Virus record (IMG/VR): IMGVR_UViG_2728369181_000008
Reading direction: 5' to 3' (one strand)
DNA: 40,347 nucleotides
Source: a virus
Taxonomy: Duplodnaviria; Heunggongvirae; Uroviricota; Caudoviricetes
Shown here: in pieces, positions 28,451 to 39,260 of the stretch
Position numbering within the stretch: the first letter of the stretch is position 1
How the letters are laid out: the number at the start of each line of letters is the position of its first letter
The notes under the pieces: generated by a model
Database searches by the model: none
Seen by the model: the letters and a program-made list of their open reading frames with translations, nothing else
Told to the model about the DNA's origin: nothing
Program-made: the position numbers and the translations under genes

Positions 28451-29001
28451 GTTTCAAAAGCGGTGTAACAACGAGGGTGGATAACGCTAAGGCCATTCTG
28501 GATGCGCTCAGGTCGTTAACCAAAAAAGATGTGCTGGTCGGCATCCCTTCGGAAGACCGCGGGCGGGATGATGTTTCGTTTGGTAATGCGGGCATTGGTT
28601 ACCTCAACGAATACGGCTCACCAGAGCAGAACATCCCGCCACGACCTCACCTGGTCCCCGGCGTTAAATCGGCAGAAGAGCAGACGGTGCCGCAGCTCAA
28701 AGCCGCGGCGCAGGCTGCTCTTGATGGTAATGCTGCGGGAGCAGAAAGCGCACTCAACCGTGCCGGAACACTGGCCGCTAATGGCGTCAGGCGTTACATG
28801 ACCATTACCGGCTTTACGCCGCTTGCTGACAGTACTGTTGAAGCCCGGGCTCGTCGGGGGCGCAAGGGGGCAACACTGGAACTTGCCCGGCGTGCTGCTG
28901 GCGAATCCCCGGGAACCGAACTGGCGAAACCATTAATTGACACCGGGCAATATCGCAGAGCGATTACCCATGTTGTGAGGGATAAAAATGCCGACTCTTG
29001 A
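28447..29001 (+). CDS. Virion morphogenesis / head-tail joining protein
   Basis: 184 aa; overlapping start and stop with neighbours. Confidence 0.45.
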   Translation: MSFKSGVTTRVDNAKAILDALRSLTKKDVLVGIPSEDRGRDDVSFGNAGIGYLNEYGSPEQNIPPRPHLVPGVKSAEEQTVPQLKAAAQAALDGNAAGAESALNRAGTLAANGVRRYMTITGFTPLADSTVEARARRGRKGATLELARRAAGESPGTELAKPLIDTGQYRRAITHVVRDKNADS

Positions 29002-29377
29002 TGTAACAGATGTGCTTTTTGACCCCGATTTTTGCGACTTCAATTTGTGGGTAACACGCCGTGTGCAAACGGTGGATGAGGACGGGATCGGCAGCGACAG
29101 CGAAGTTAAAAAGCAGTTTGCCGGAGTCGTAACTGTTGATCGCTCTCTGGAAAACCGTCGTATGCAGGCCGGGCAGGTAATCAGTGGTGCAATTCTGATT
29201 GTGACGACTGAGCGACTGACGCAGGGACAGACTGGCCGTGATGCCGATATCGTGACGTATCAGGGCCGAGATTATCGTGTGACCTTCGTCGACCCGTATA
29301 CAGCGTATGGTGCCGGATTCGTTCAGGCGCATTGTGAGTTGATGCCGTTTGATGGGGGAACTCCGGTTGAGCAATAA
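28988..29377 (+). CDS. Head-tail joining protein (hypothetical)
   Basis: 129 aa, translationally coupled to neighbours. Confidence 0.4.
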   Translation: MPTLDVTDVLFDPDFCDFNLWVTRRVQTVDEDGIGSDSEVKKQFAGVVTVDRSLENRRMQAGQVISGAILIVTTERLTQGQTGRDADIVTYQGRDYRVTFVDPYTAYGAGFVQAHCELMPFDGGTPVEQ

Positions 29378-29915
29378 CACCAGTACAGAGCGCGGATGGT
29401 TAATACCAACCAGTGGCGATCCGGATTATGACGAAGCGCTCGACAGGCTGTTAAGCCAGTGGATGCGTAACGTTTCCGGTCTGTCTGCCGGGATGGTTCG
29501 CCCGCGCTGGCAGAAAGAGCAGCCGCCACTGCTACCGGCTGAAACGAACTGGTGTGCGTTTGGGGTTATCGGATGGTCAGGTGATGACAGTCCGGCATTC
29601 ACCAGACAGACCGATGATGGCTCTCAGCTCTGGCGGCATGAAACGATTGAGTGTATGGCTTCGTTTTATGGACCGGCGGGGATGGTGTATGCGTCCCGGT
29701 TTCGTGACGGTATATCTGTGCCGCAGAACAATGCAGCACTGAATGCGCTGGGGCTGTCTCTTGGCGATTACACTGGTCTGACTCCCTTCCCTGAACTTAT
29801 TAATCAGCAATGGGTACGCCGCTACGATATGACGGTGCGCCTGCGCCGGAAGGTTGTGCGCGAGTACGGTATTAAATCGCTGGTGGAAGCACCAGTCATC
29901 TTTTTCGGAGATTAA
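29349..29915 (+). CDS. Tail completion / neck protein (hypothetical)
   Basis: 188-aa ORF; start uncertain. Confidence 0.4.
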   Translation: MMGELRLSNNTSTERGWLIPTSGDPDYDEALDRLLSQWMRNVSGLSAGMVRPRWQKEQPPLLPAETNWCAFGVIGWSGDDSPAFTRQTDDGSQLWRHETIECMASFYGPAGMVYASRFRDGISVPQNNAALNALGLSLGDYTGLTPFPELINQQWVRRYDMTVRLRRKVVREYGIKSLVEAPVIFFGD

Positions 29916-29918
29916 GCT

Positions 29919-31064
29919 ATGGCACAGGGCTTGCCTGTATCAAACGTTGTTAATGTTGATGTGATCATGTCGCCGCGTGCAGCATCAGGGCGAAATTTTG
30001 GTGCATTACTCATTCTCGGCCCGTCCACAATCATTCCGGTAAGTGAGCGCATTCGTCGTTATTCTGCCGCGGAAGATATTGGAAAAGATTTTGGCGTGGA
30101 ATCACCAGAATATAAAGCTGCGCAGGTGTTTTTCTCACAATCACCGAAACCTCAGGAGGTTTTTGTTGGTCGTTGGGTGAAAACGAAGGGAGACAGCGAA
30201 CAGGCCACGCCTGAGACGCTGGAGCAGGCTGTGAATGCCATGCTTGATTATACTTCATGGTATGGGCTGGGGATTGCAGACGATGCAGATATTCCGGATG
30301 CAGACTGGCTGAAAGTGGCTGCGGCGATCGAATCCTCTTCTGTAAGCCGTATTCTGGCGATTACGACAAGCGATGAGAAATGCCTGCAGACTGCATCCAG
30401 AGATGATTTGGCATCAAAACTGAAAACCGCCGGATATTCACGCAGTTTTATTCAGTATTCATCGGGTAATAAATACGCTGCGTTATCTGCATTTGGCCGG
30501 GCATTCACGGTTAATTTCAATGGCAGTAATACCGCGATTACGCTCAAGTTTAAGCAGGAGCCGGGTGTCGGGTATGAAACACTGACAGTCAGCCAGGCAT
30601 CGGCACTTGATGCAAAAAACTGCAATGTGTTCGTGTACTACCAGAATGATACAGCTATCCTCCAGCAGGGAGTGATGGCTAACGGCGATTTCTTTGATGA
30701 ACGCCACGGCCTGGACTGGTTACAGAATTATGTGCAGACCAACCTCTATAACCTGCTTTATACCAGCACCACGAAGGTTCCCCAGACTGAAGCCGGTATT
30801 ACCCGACTGTTATCAAATGTTGAAAAATCACTGGATCAGGCCGTTCAGAATGGACTGATTGCTCCGGGCGTATGGAACGGTGGCGACCTTGGCCAGTTGT
30901 CATCAGGTGACACGCTGCCCAAAGGTTATTACGTATACGCCCAGTCGCTGGATGAACAGGCACAATCAGAACGTGAAGCCCGTAAGGCTCCGGTGATTCA
31001 GGCTGCAATAAAACTTGCAGGCGCGGTTCATTACGCTGACGTACAGATTAACGTTGTTCGCTAA
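29919..31064 (+). CDS. Tail sheath-like protein (DUF3383-like)
   Basis: 381 aa immediately upstream of the tube gene; family by recollection. Confidence 0.5.
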   Translation: MAQGLPVSNVVNVDVIMSPRAASGRNFGALLILGPSTIIPVSERIRRYSAAEDIGKDFGVESPEYKAAQVFFSQSPKPQEVFVGRWVKTKGDSEQATPETLEQAVNAMLDYTSWYGLGIADDADIPDADWLKVAAAIESSSVSRILAITTSDEKCLQTASRDDLASKLKTAGYSRSFIQYSSGNKYAALSAFGRAFTVNFNGSNTAITLKFKQEPGVGYETLTVSQASALDAKNCNVFVYYQNDTAILQQGVMANGDFFDERHGLDWLQNYVQTNLYNLLYTSTTKVPQTEAGITRLLSNVEKSLDQAVQNGLIAPGVWNGGDLGQLSSGDTLPKGYYVYAQSLDEQAQSEREARKAPVIQAAIKLAGAVHYADVQINVVR

Positions 31065-31074
31065 GGGGAAGTGA

Positions 31075-31515
31075 ATGTCTACCTATTCTTTTATGGATGT
31101 CACTGCGACGCTGACCGGGCCGACCGGTTCGATTGACCTCGGGTACGGTTCGGCAAGTTCTGAAGAGGGGATTGTTGTTGCGATGGGCGGTCCTAAAAAC
31201 ACCATGACCATCGGTGCTGATGGCGAAGTGATGCACAGTCTCCATGCAGATAAAAGCGGGACGATTACCGTTAACCTTCTGAAGACATCACCGACAAATA
31301 AAAAATTGTCGCTGGCGTATAACGCACAGAGCCAGTCTTCTGCCACATGGGGGAATAACGTTATCGTGATCCGCAACAAGGTCAGCGGCGACATCATCAC
31401 GGCACGCAGTGTTGCGTTCCAGAAACAACCGGATAACGCCAACGCTAAAACCGGTAATACGATGCCGTGGGTGTTTGACTGCGGCAAGATTGACCAGGTT
31501 CTCGGGGAGTTTTAA
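31075..31515 (+). CDS. Tail tube protein (DUF3277-like)
   Basis: 146 aa between sheath-like and chaperone genes. Confidence 0.5.
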   Translation: MSTYSFMDVTATLTGPTGSIDLGYGSASSEEGIVVAMGGPKNTMTIGADGEVMHSLHADKSGTITVNLLKTSPTNKKLSLAYNAQSQSSATWGNNVIVIRNKVSGDIITARSVAFQKQPDNANAKTGNTMPWVFDCGKIDQVLGEF

Positions 31516-31518
31516 TAC

Positions 31519-31971
31519 ATGGAATTCGAAATCAAAGGCGTGAAATATCGCGCGGCAAAACTCAGCGTTTTTGACCAGCTGAAAGTGACCCGCAAACTTC
31601 TGCCGGTGCTGGCAGGAATGATGTCAGATTTCGGGAGCATTCGCTCCCGTTTGCCTGCCGACGGCAAAATCGACACCGTGAAATTCGAGCAGTTAAAACC
31701 GGTGTTTGAAACCATGCTCCCGCGTATCGCTGAGGAATTGTCTTCCCTGACCGAAGATGACACCGATGCGATTATTCATCCCTGTCTTGCGGTGGTATCG
31801 CGGCGTCATATGGACGGATGGGTGCCGGTATTTACCCAGGGCGAACTGATGTTTGATGATATTGACCTGCTGGTCATGCTGCAGCTGGTGGCGCGGGTGG
31901 TCGCCGATTCGCTGGGAAATTTTTTGCCTACACCCCTTACCAGCACGACGCAGAGCCTGCAACAGGGCTGA
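31519..31971 (+). CDS. Tail assembly chaperone (G-like); candidate -1 frameshift extension to 32158
   Basis: 150 aa directly before the tape measure gene; slippery run near its 3' end and an open -1 frame downstream. Confidence 0.6.
   Translation: MEFEIKGVKYRAAKLSVFDQLKVTRKLLPVLAGMMSDFGSIRSRLPADGKIDTVKFEQLKPVFETMLPRIAEELSSLTEDDTDAIIHPCLAVVSRRHMDGWVPVFTQGELMFDDIDLLVMLQLVARVVADSLGNFLPTPLTSTTQSLQQG
31914..31926 (+). other. Candidate -1 programmed frameshift slippery site GGGAAATTTTTTG
   Basis: Overlapping X_XXY_YYZ heptamers (G_GGA_AAT, A_AAT_TTT, T_TTT_TTG) in the chaperone frame; the -1 frame is open for 62 further codons to the TGA at 32156-32158. Confidence 0.45.
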
Positions 31972-32148
31972 CGTTTAACAGCCTGCCGGACGGGCTGTCC
32001 TACCTTCTCAATCCGGTTGACGCCGGGTTAATTCCTTATACAGCACTTAAAGATGGCTCTGTCGATTTGTACGACATTGCTCTCTTGAATGACCATCTGG
32101 CGGTAAAAGCGGATAACCAGCGGCGCATTGAGAAATGGAGAGAGGATA

Positions 32149-34192
32149 ATGAACGCTGAAACTATTAAAGATTTCCTCGTCTCGCTTGGCTTCAGTGTGG
32201 ATGATGCTGGAGCAAAAAAATTCGGTTCTGTCCTCGCCGGTACAACTGCAAATGTCATCAAAATGGGGTTGGCCGTTGAAGGAGCTGCACTGTCCGTGGT
32301 GGCCTTTACGGCTAAGATTGCCTCCGGCCTGGATAATCTTTACTGGGCGTCACAGCGCACTGGCGCGACAGTCCAGGGAATTCAGTCTATTGGCTATGCG
32401 GTTTCGCAGGTTGGCGGCAGCGTGGACGCTGCGCGATCTTCTCTGGAAAGCCTCTCCCGGTTTATTCGTAACAATCCCGGGGCAGAGGGATTTCTGAATC
32501 GCCTGGGGGTACAGACACGGGATGCCAGCGGTAACATGCGTGACATGGCCGCTATTTTTACAGGTGTAGGCCAGAAGCTCAGCGGTATGCCGTATTACCG
32601 GGCTAACCAGTATGCGCAGATGCTGGGCATTGACGAAAATACCCTGATGGCTATGCGTCGCGGAGTGGGGCAGTTCAGCGCTCAGTATTCAGAAATGGTG
32701 AAAGCGATCGGATTTAATGCCGATCAGGCTGCCTTATCGTCAAACCGGTTTATGACCTCGCTGAAATCGCTCGGTGAAATGGCCGGGATGGCGCGGGACA
32801 AAATCGGATCGAATCTTGCGGACGGACTGGCGGGGCAGATTGATAACCTGCGCAAAAAGATNNNNNNNNNNNNNNNNNNNNNNNNNNNNNNNNNNNNNNN
32901 NNNNNNNNTTTCCCAAAATTGAAGTCACCATCACAAAGGTCATAAAAGGGATCCTCTGGCTGGGTGAGATAGTCGGGCGGGTAGCATTTCGGATAGTCGA
33001 TGGTGTCGGAGATATCATCGAGTGGTGGGGGAAACTGGATGCCGAAACGAAAACCCTGATAGAGGTTATCGGCGGTCTGGTTGTCGCCATGCGGATACTT
33101 AACTCTACTTTCTGGATGTCACCTATAGGGCTGATTACCGGTCTGATCGTGGCTCTCGGTCTCTTGTGGGAAGACTACAAAACATGGAAAGAAGGCGGTA
33201 ACAGTCTTATCGACTGGGAAAAATGGCAACCGGCAATAGATAAAGCGAAGGATGCGATCACCTGGCTTCGTGATCACCTTCTGGAACTAAAAGATGGTGT
33301 TGGCGGCTGGCAAAATGCACTGGAAATCCTCGGTACATTCATCGCGGGTGTCTGGGTATCCAAGGTTCTGGGGGCTTTCGGAAAAATATCAGGTTTACCG
33401 GTCCCACCCTGGCTTAAATTGTGGGCGCTTTACGCGGGCTATATTGTTAGTGACAGAGAAAATATTGCCGATAGCGCAAAATCTTCACTGAGGTATACGA
33501 AGCGAATTATCGGCGACACGCTGGCTGCTATTGGTATAAAAACAGATATCGGACGCAGGGATGTCAGTGAGGTCCGTGAATGGCCTGCGTGGATGGACTG
33601 GTTGCACGGGGGACCCGGTAAAGTTATCCGGCAGGGACAGAGTAACGGTGTAGTGCATGGCTCCAACGTCCAGCCCGACATCCCCGGCGGCGGCACTCTT
33701 GCTGATCGCAACAATAACCCCGGGAACATTCGCCCGGTGAGCGGTAAAGGGTTCCGGTTTTTCGAATCAGCGCTTAAGGGCTGGGAGGCGATGAAAAACC
33801 AGCTCATGCGTTACTTTACCGGGAAAACAACCGGACGGGCATTACAGACTATTCAGGATATTGTCAGTACCTGGGCCCCGGCAGGTGATAACAACGATCC
33901 GAAAAAGTATGCACAGGATGTTGCGAAATGGATGGGAGTATCACCGAATGCAATATTGAATCTTACAGATCCCCGGACTATGGGAGCATTGATGCAGTCG
34001 ATGGCGCGCAAAGAAGGTTATTCAAACTGGAACAGCCCGCTGGCGTATCAGGCCGCCGCTGGCAGCCTTAACCAGCAGACTGTTATAAATGTTCATGGAG
34101 TTAACAACCCTCAGGAGGCGGCTAATCTGATTGCTGACAAGCAGGGGGCTGTAAATGCCAGGGCGGTACAGCAATTGAAAGGGCCTGCGTGA
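32149..34192 (+). CDS. Tail tape measure protein (interrupted by an N-run)
   Basis: About 680 aa; helical N-terminal half, hydrophobic central segments, Gly-rich C-terminal region; RBS ggagagagga before ATG at 32149; reading frame across the gap unverified. Confidence 0.7.
32862..32908. other. Run of 47 N (gap/masked) inside the tape measure gene
   Basis: Read directly. Confidence 0.99.
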
Positions 34193-34842
34193 TGGACTTT
34201 TTATCTGTTTTACTGCAGCAGCGAACCCGCTCAATAGGAATAATTATTCCTGATGTGGTTATTACCGAAAAGCACACTGACGCCCTGGAAATTACGGAAC
34301 ATCCGGTTGAACAGCCCACGAATGCTGGTGCCAGTGGTGAGGACGCTGGTTACATATCAGAACACGCATTCAGGCGCCCTTCTGAGGTTGTGATGGAAAC
34401 CGGTTTTTCCGGAGGCGGATCGCTGCTTGATTTTGCCAGTAACCTGACTGCTACCAGTTTACTGGGGCTGAGCCCGAAAGAACTGTATCAGGAACTGCTT
34501 AACCTGCAGCGGAATCGTATTCCTTTCGATGTGACAACCGGCAAGCGTATTTACAACAATATGTTGATAAAAACGCTGGAGGTCACGACCGATAAGAGTA
34601 GTGAAAATGTGCTTCTGGCGACACTTACCCTCAGGGAAGTAATTATTACCTCCACGCAGTCAGTCAGGGTTGCCCCGAAAAACAATATGACCGAGGGAGT
34701 CGGAACGTCTGCTGTGCAGAATACAGGCACCAAAACAACGGTGCCGCCGAATAATTCCATTCTGAAATCGCTGCCACAGATGGCGCAAGAAGGTATCTCC
34801 ACTGTTGATGGGTATTTGAGCAATTTATTTCTGGGAAGGTGA
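34189..34842 (+). CDS. Tail/baseplate protein (Mu gp43-like position)
   Basis: 217 aa directly after the tape measure gene; call by synteny. Confidence 0.4.
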   Translation: MMDFLSVLLQQRTRSIGIIIPDVVITEKHTDALEITEHPVEQPTNAGASGEDAGYISEHAFRRPSEVVMETGFSGGGSLLDFASNLTATSLLGLSPKELYQELLNLQRNRIPFDVTTGKRIYNNMLIKTLEVTTDKSSENVLLATLTLREVIITSTQSVRVAPKNNMTEGVGTSAVQNTGTKTTVPPNNSILKSLPQMAQEGISTVDGYLSNLFLGR

Positions 34843-34845
34843 TTC

Positions 34846-35148
34846 ATGAAAGCCGTAGAAATCCCACTGGTTGCTGACAATCAGACTTTTGCCACCACAA
34901 TTAACGGTTCGGTTTATCACCTGTCTGTCATCTGGCGAGGCGAGTACTGGGTTCTGGATCTTGCTGACAGCAATGGCTCCGCCATTATATCAGGTATACC
35001 GATGATTACGGGGGCTGACTTGCTGGCACAGTATCGATATATGGATCTGGGTTTTTCTCTGGTGGTGCTCTGCGACGTGGCAGGGCAGGAGAATCCGACG
35101 CAATTCGATCTTGGAACGCTCTCACACCTCTATGTTTTCACGGAGTAA
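34846..35148 (+). CDS. Small baseplate/tail protein (hypothetical)
   Basis: 100 aa between tail protein and hub. Confidence 0.4.
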   Translation: MKAVEIPLVADNQTFATTINGSVYHLSVIWRGEYWVLDLADSNGSAIISGIPMITGADLLAQYRYMDLGFSLVVLCDVAGQENPTQFDLGTLSHLYVFTE

Positions 35149-35150
35149 CA

Positions 35151-36185
35151 ATGTCGAAAAACTGGATGCGTCACTTTGAATTATTGCTTGTTGATGATAA
35201 GGGCGACGGGATAAAAATTTCTGAGCTTAAAGTCACTTTCAATATTCAGAAAATGCCTGCGACCATATTTAATGGATTCGTTGGAAATTTTAAGGTTTAT
35301 AACCTGTCTCCTACCACTCAGAACCGGATTATGCAGAAGGAGTTTTCGCGTATACAGGTTATTGCCGGATACAAGGGGCAACCGGATGCAGCAGGTAATT
35401 ATCCTGATGAAAACGTTGGCATGATATTCAATGGAGATATCCGTTTTACTGTCACTGGTAAAGATAATGCCACAGACAGTTGGATCATGTTGCAGTGTAT
35501 TGACAGCTGGGAAGGTCACCTGAACGCAAGTGTGAAAACCACAGTGGCTGCTGGCTGGAAGTACAGCGATCTTTTCAGTCTGGGTATGAAATCATTCGAA
35601 CCATATGGCATCGAATCCGGCGCAGTTCCTGACATGCCTGAAACGGTATTTCCCCGGGGGCGCGTTGTTTATCAAAACACATCAAGGTTGATGAATCATA
35701 TCGCAGGGCAGTGTAAGGCTAACTGGTGGTATGAAAATAATCTGGTAAATATTGTTCCTGAAGATAAATATATTGGTGTTGCTACGGTGTTGAATGCTAA
35801 CACCGGGCTTATCGGTATGCCACAGCAGACGATGGGAGCTGGCGTAAATGTCAGATGTCTGATTAATCCAAATATTAAGCTCGGTGGGCTTATTCGTCTG
35901 GATCAGGCATCTGTATACCGTGCCTCTTTGAGTAATGACCAGGTAGCGAAATCGCCAGCACGACTGGATGAGTCTGAAAGCGACGGTAATCTCTACGTTA
36001 ACGGTCTGCCAGGCATGTCACAGCCTGCCAGTATTAATACTGACGGTGATTACATTGTGGGCAGCATTGATTATACTGGCGACACCCGAGGGCAGGCGTG
36101 GTATATGGACCTGCTTTGCCTGGCTAAAGGTGGCAAAGAACTATTGGCAAAAGGCACTTTTGACAAAGTCGGAGATGTAGAGTGA
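35151..36185 (+). CDS. Baseplate hub protein (Mu gp44-like)
   Basis: 344 aa upstream of the spike/gpW/gpJ-like genes. Confidence 0.5.
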   Translation: MSKNWMRHFELLLVDDKGDGIKISELKVTFNIQKMPATIFNGFVGNFKVYNLSPTTQNRIMQKEFSRIQVIAGYKGQPDAAGNYPDENVGMIFNGDIRFTVTGKDNATDSWIMLQCIDSWEGHLNASVKTTVAAGWKYSDLFSLGMKSFEPYGIESGAVPDMPETVFPRGRVVYQNTSRLMNHIAGQCKANWWYENNLVNIVPEDKYIGVATVLNANTGLIGMPQQTMGAGVNVRCLINPNIKLGGLIRLDQASVYRASLSNDQVAKSPARLDESESDGNLYVNGLPGMSQPASINTDGDYIVGSIDYTGDTRGQAWYMDLLCLAKGGKELLAKGTFDKVGDVE

Positions 36186-36517
36186 AAAAAGTATTTTTTT
36201 GTTTATTCTTGGCCTTGCCGTTAACAGTTTCGGCGGCAACGCAGTGCGGACCATTCCGTTTTGATGCTGGTAATGATGGTCTCATGCACATCAATGGTCA
36301 AAAGCCAGAAACACAAAAAATGACCTTTTTGAAACAAAAAGACGATTTCGATAATGTCATGATGCAATGGATGTTACCTGATCCTAATACTGGACGTTGG
36401 TTAGGTATGGACTACATCAAACGAAACAAAAAAGCGATCCTCAACGTTGAAGTTATCCGCAAAAATATGGACGAGCCTCGGGAGTTCTGGACGTATGATT
36501 GCCGGAAGGTGAAGTGA
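36182..36517 (+). CDS. Secreted small protein with signal peptide and two Cys (moron inside the baseplate operon)
   Basis: GTG start overlapping the upstream stop (GTGA); MKKVFFCLFLALPLTVSA|ATQC signal peptide; AT-rich codon usage. Confidence 0.55.
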   Translation: MKKVFFCLFLALPLTVSAATQCGPFRFDAGNDGLMHINGQKPETQKMTFLKQKDDFDNVMMQWMLPDPNTGRWLGMDYIKRNKKAILNVEVIRKNMDEPREFWTYDCRKVK

Positions 36518-36592
36518 ATTACATTGGCGTCCAGCTTCTGCAGAACAGCATGGATGCGCCGAAAATCATCGGTTCCTTTCCATGCAAAAAGA

Positions 36593-36620
36593 TTGTTGAT
36601 TAATCACCCGTAATTATAAT
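36593..36620 (+). promoter_or_regulatory. Sigma70-like promoter TTGTTG-N16-TATAAT for the membrane-protein gene
   Basis: Consensus -10 TATAAT at 36615-36620; -35-like hexamer at 36593-36598. Confidence 0.5.
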
Positions 36621-36656
36621 GTGATACTTCTACTTTCACGATAAGGAATTTGTCGC

Positions 36657-36896
36657 ATGTTCGGATTTGATAAATTAATAACTCCAAAAATCATCAACGT
36701 TCTGTATGGCATCACAATGTTACTTCTGGTTGTTGCCGCCATTATAACGTTTGTTAATGGGAAGGCTGCTGGCGCTTTAGTGCTTTTGTTATGTGCTGTA
36801 TTTTGCCGAATATTCTTTGAGTGCATCATGGTTTCATTTAAAAACAATGAGTATCTTCGCCGAATAGCTGAAGCGTTAGAAGCAAACAAGCAGTAA
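36657..36896 (+). CDS. Small inner-membrane protein (two predicted TM helices; DUF4282-like)
   Basis: RBS aaggaa; hydrophobic segments ITMLLLVVAAIITFV and ALVLLLCAVFCRIFF; followed by a terminator. Confidence 0.55.
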   Translation: MFGFDKLITPKIINVLYGITMLLLVVAAIITFVNGKAAGALVLLLCAVFCRIFFECIMVSFKNNEYLRRIAEALEANKQ

Positions 36897-36912
36897 TGAA
36901 ACTTCAATAATG

Positions 36913-36936
36913 AACCCGCCACCCGGCGGGTTTTTT
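36913..36936 (+). terminator. Rho-independent terminator
   Basis: aacccgccacccggcgggtttttt. Confidence 0.7.
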
Positions 36937-36955
36937 ACTTTCTGGAGACATATGA

Positions 36956-37708
36956 ATGCCCGTTTCTTTAAGCGCTCAACTTGGTAGCAAAGAACAGGCC
37001 GATGTAAGACTTGCTGGCTCTGTCATGTCGGCGCTGCGTGTTTCTATGCCCGGCATCGTCCAGTCATTTGATCCGGACACGGTAACAGTGGTTGTTCAAC
37101 CTGCGATTAAAGGCTATGAGCCGGACTCAAATGGAATCAACCAGTCGACGACATTACCCCTGCTGGTGGATGTGCCAGTGGTATTTCCGCGCGGCGGAGG
37201 CTGTACGTTGACTTTTCCAGTTAAAGCCGGTGATGAATGTTTGGTGATTTTTGCCGATCGTTGTATTGATTTCTGGTGGCAGAGTGGCGGGATACAGGAG
37301 CCGGTCGATGACAGAATGCATGATTTATCGGATGCGTTTTGTATTGTCGGTCCCCAGTCGCAGGCAAGGAAGATTAGCGGTATTAATACCAGTGCCACAC
37401 AGTTGCGTAGTGATGACGGCAGCACCTATTTTGAGCTTAATCCTGATACCAGGAAAATTAAAATTGTCGCTCCGGGGGGCCTTGATGTGGTTGCCCCTCT
37501 GGCTGATTTTTCTGAGAAAGTAACCATTCATGGCCTGTTAACCTGGATGGGGGGTATGGTGGGGTCTGTTGTTTCTGGCGTGGCTTCAAAAATCACTGGT
37601 GCTGTTGAGTTCTTGGGGAGCGTTAAGGCTAACGGCAAGCCAATCGATGATACGCACACTCATGGCGGTGTTCAGCGCGGTGGAAGCAGTACCGACGGGG
37701 TAAACTGA
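36956..37708 (+). CDS. Baseplate spike / assembly protein V-like (Mu gp45-like)
   Basis: 250 aa; C-terminal …DDTHTHGGVQRGGSSTDGV typical of gpV-type spikes; RBS ggagaca. Confidence 0.65.
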   Translation: MPVSLSAQLGSKEQADVRLAGSVMSALRVSMPGIVQSFDPDTVTVVVQPAIKGYEPDSNGINQSTTLPLLVDVPVVFPRGGGCTLTFPVKAGDECLVIFADRCIDFWWQSGGIQEPVDDRMHDLSDAFCIVGPQSQARKISGINTSATQLRSDDGSTYFELNPDTRKIKIVAPGGLDVVAPLADFSEKVTIHGLLTWMGGMVGSVVSGVASKITGAVEFLGSVKANGKPIDDTHTHGGVQRGGSSTDGVN

Positions 37709-38061
37709 TGCGATACAGACGTGAAGACGCCGATGGCGATTACACCTTTGGCAGCGGTGATGACACCTGGCTGATTAACTCGCCTGAGGCCGTGGCGCAG
37801 GCTGTGAAAACGCGATTCGAATTGTGGTATGGGCAATGGTTTCTCGACACCACCGAAGGGACTCCGTGGATCCAGTCTGTGCTGGGCAGGCAAAAACCGG
37901 AAACTTACAACCTAGCGATCAGAAAACGCATTCTGGAAACGCAGGGCGTTAAATCAATCCTCTCTTTCAATACGACGGTGGATACCACGACCCGACGTGT
38001 CATGTTTTCCGCTGAAATCGATACTCTCTATGGAATAACGACTGTTACATCGGAGGCGTAA
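37708..38061 (+). CDS. Baseplate protein, gpW/gp25-like
   Basis: 117 aa between spike and J-like genes. Confidence 0.55.
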   Translation: MRYRREDADGDYTFGSGDDTWLINSPEAVAQAVKTRFELWYGQWFLDTTEGTPWIQSVLGRQKPETYNLAIRKRILETQGVKSILSFNTTVDTTTRRVMFSAEIDTLYGITTVTSEA

Positions 38062-39260
38062 TGGCTCTGAACCTTGATTCTCTCGGTTTATCTGCAAAGG
38101 TAACCGCGGAGGGGATCAGTGCGCCTGATTATCAGACGATACTCAGCACCCTGATTAGCTATTTTCAGCAGATTTATGGCAGTGATGCCTACCTCGAACC
38201 GGACAGCAAAGACAGCCAGATGGTGGCTCTGATGGCGCTGGCGATTCATGATGCCAATAATATGGCGATAACTGTCTACAACTGTTTTTCACCGGCAACT
38301 GGCTATGGGGCTGCACTGACCAGTAACGTGAAAATAAATGGTATTTCACGTAAAGGCGCGACGAATTCTACGGTTGATTTGCTTCTTACAGGAACTGCCG
38401 GAACAACCATCATTAATGGCAGCGTGAAAGACAGTAATAATGTGATATGGCGTTTGCCTGCTTCAGTGGTGGTCGGCGTGGATGGTACAGTGATGGTGAC
38501 CGCAAAATGTTCCGTCAGTGGTGCAGTGGCGGCGCTGGCTGGAACTATCACTGAAATTAATACGCCAACCCGTGGCTGGGTTTCGGTAACCAATCCTGCT
38601 GCAGCTACTGTAGGCACTCCAGCAGAAACTGATGCGGAGTTACGTATCCGCCAGTCGCAAAGTGTTGCGTTGCCATCAATAACCCCATTTGAAGCACTGG
38701 ATGGTGCTGTTTCTAATGTTACCGGTGTAACCCGCCACAAAATCTATGAAAACGATACTGGTTCGGAGGACGGTAACGGGTTACCGCCACACTCTGTTGC
38801 TGTAATTGTGGATGGCGGTGATGTGACGGATATTGCTCAGGCTATCAGAGGGAATAAAGGCCAGGGGACAGCCACTCACGGTACAACATCCGTTACGGTT
38901 CCGGATAAATACGGCAATCCCCATGTAATCAAATTCTCGCGTTCCAGTGATGTACCTGTTTATGCCCGGATTAAATTAAAAGTTTTTACGGGTTATACCT
39001 CACAGATAGGGCAGCAGATCCAGCAGGCTATTTCCGACTATATCAATAGTCTGATGATTGGTGATTCGGTCCTTTTAAGTCGCATTTACTCACCGGCGAA
39101 TCTTGGCGTGGTGAGTGGCGGGAATGCACGCTATTACGATATTCAGGAACTGACGATTGGGAAATCCCCGGGGGCTTTGTCGTCATCAAACATTGATATC
39201 AGATATAACGAATCTGCGTCCTGTACCCCGGAAAATATCGTTATAACGGTGGAGTCATGA
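38061..39260 (+). CDS. Baseplate J-like protein (Mu gp47-like)
   Basis: 399 aa in conserved order V - W - J. Confidence 0.6.
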   Translation: MALNLDSLGLSAKVTAEGISAPDYQTILSTLISYFQQIYGSDAYLEPDSKDSQMVALMALAIHDANNMAITVYNCFSPATGYGAALTSNVKINGISRKGATNSTVDLLLTGTAGTTIINGSVKDSNNVIWRLPASVVVGVDGTVMVTAKCSVSGAVAALAGTITEINTPTRGWVSVTNPAAATVGTPAETDAELRIRQSQSVALPSITPFEALDGAVSNVTGVTRHKIYENDTGSEDGNGLPPHSVAVIVDGGDVTDIAQAIRGNKGQGTATHGTTSVTVPDKYGNPHVIKFSRSSDVPVYARIKLKVFTGYTSQIGQQIQQAISDYINSLMIGDSVLLSRIYSPANLGVVSGGNARYYDIQELTIGKSPGALSSSNIDIRYNESASCTPENIVITVES

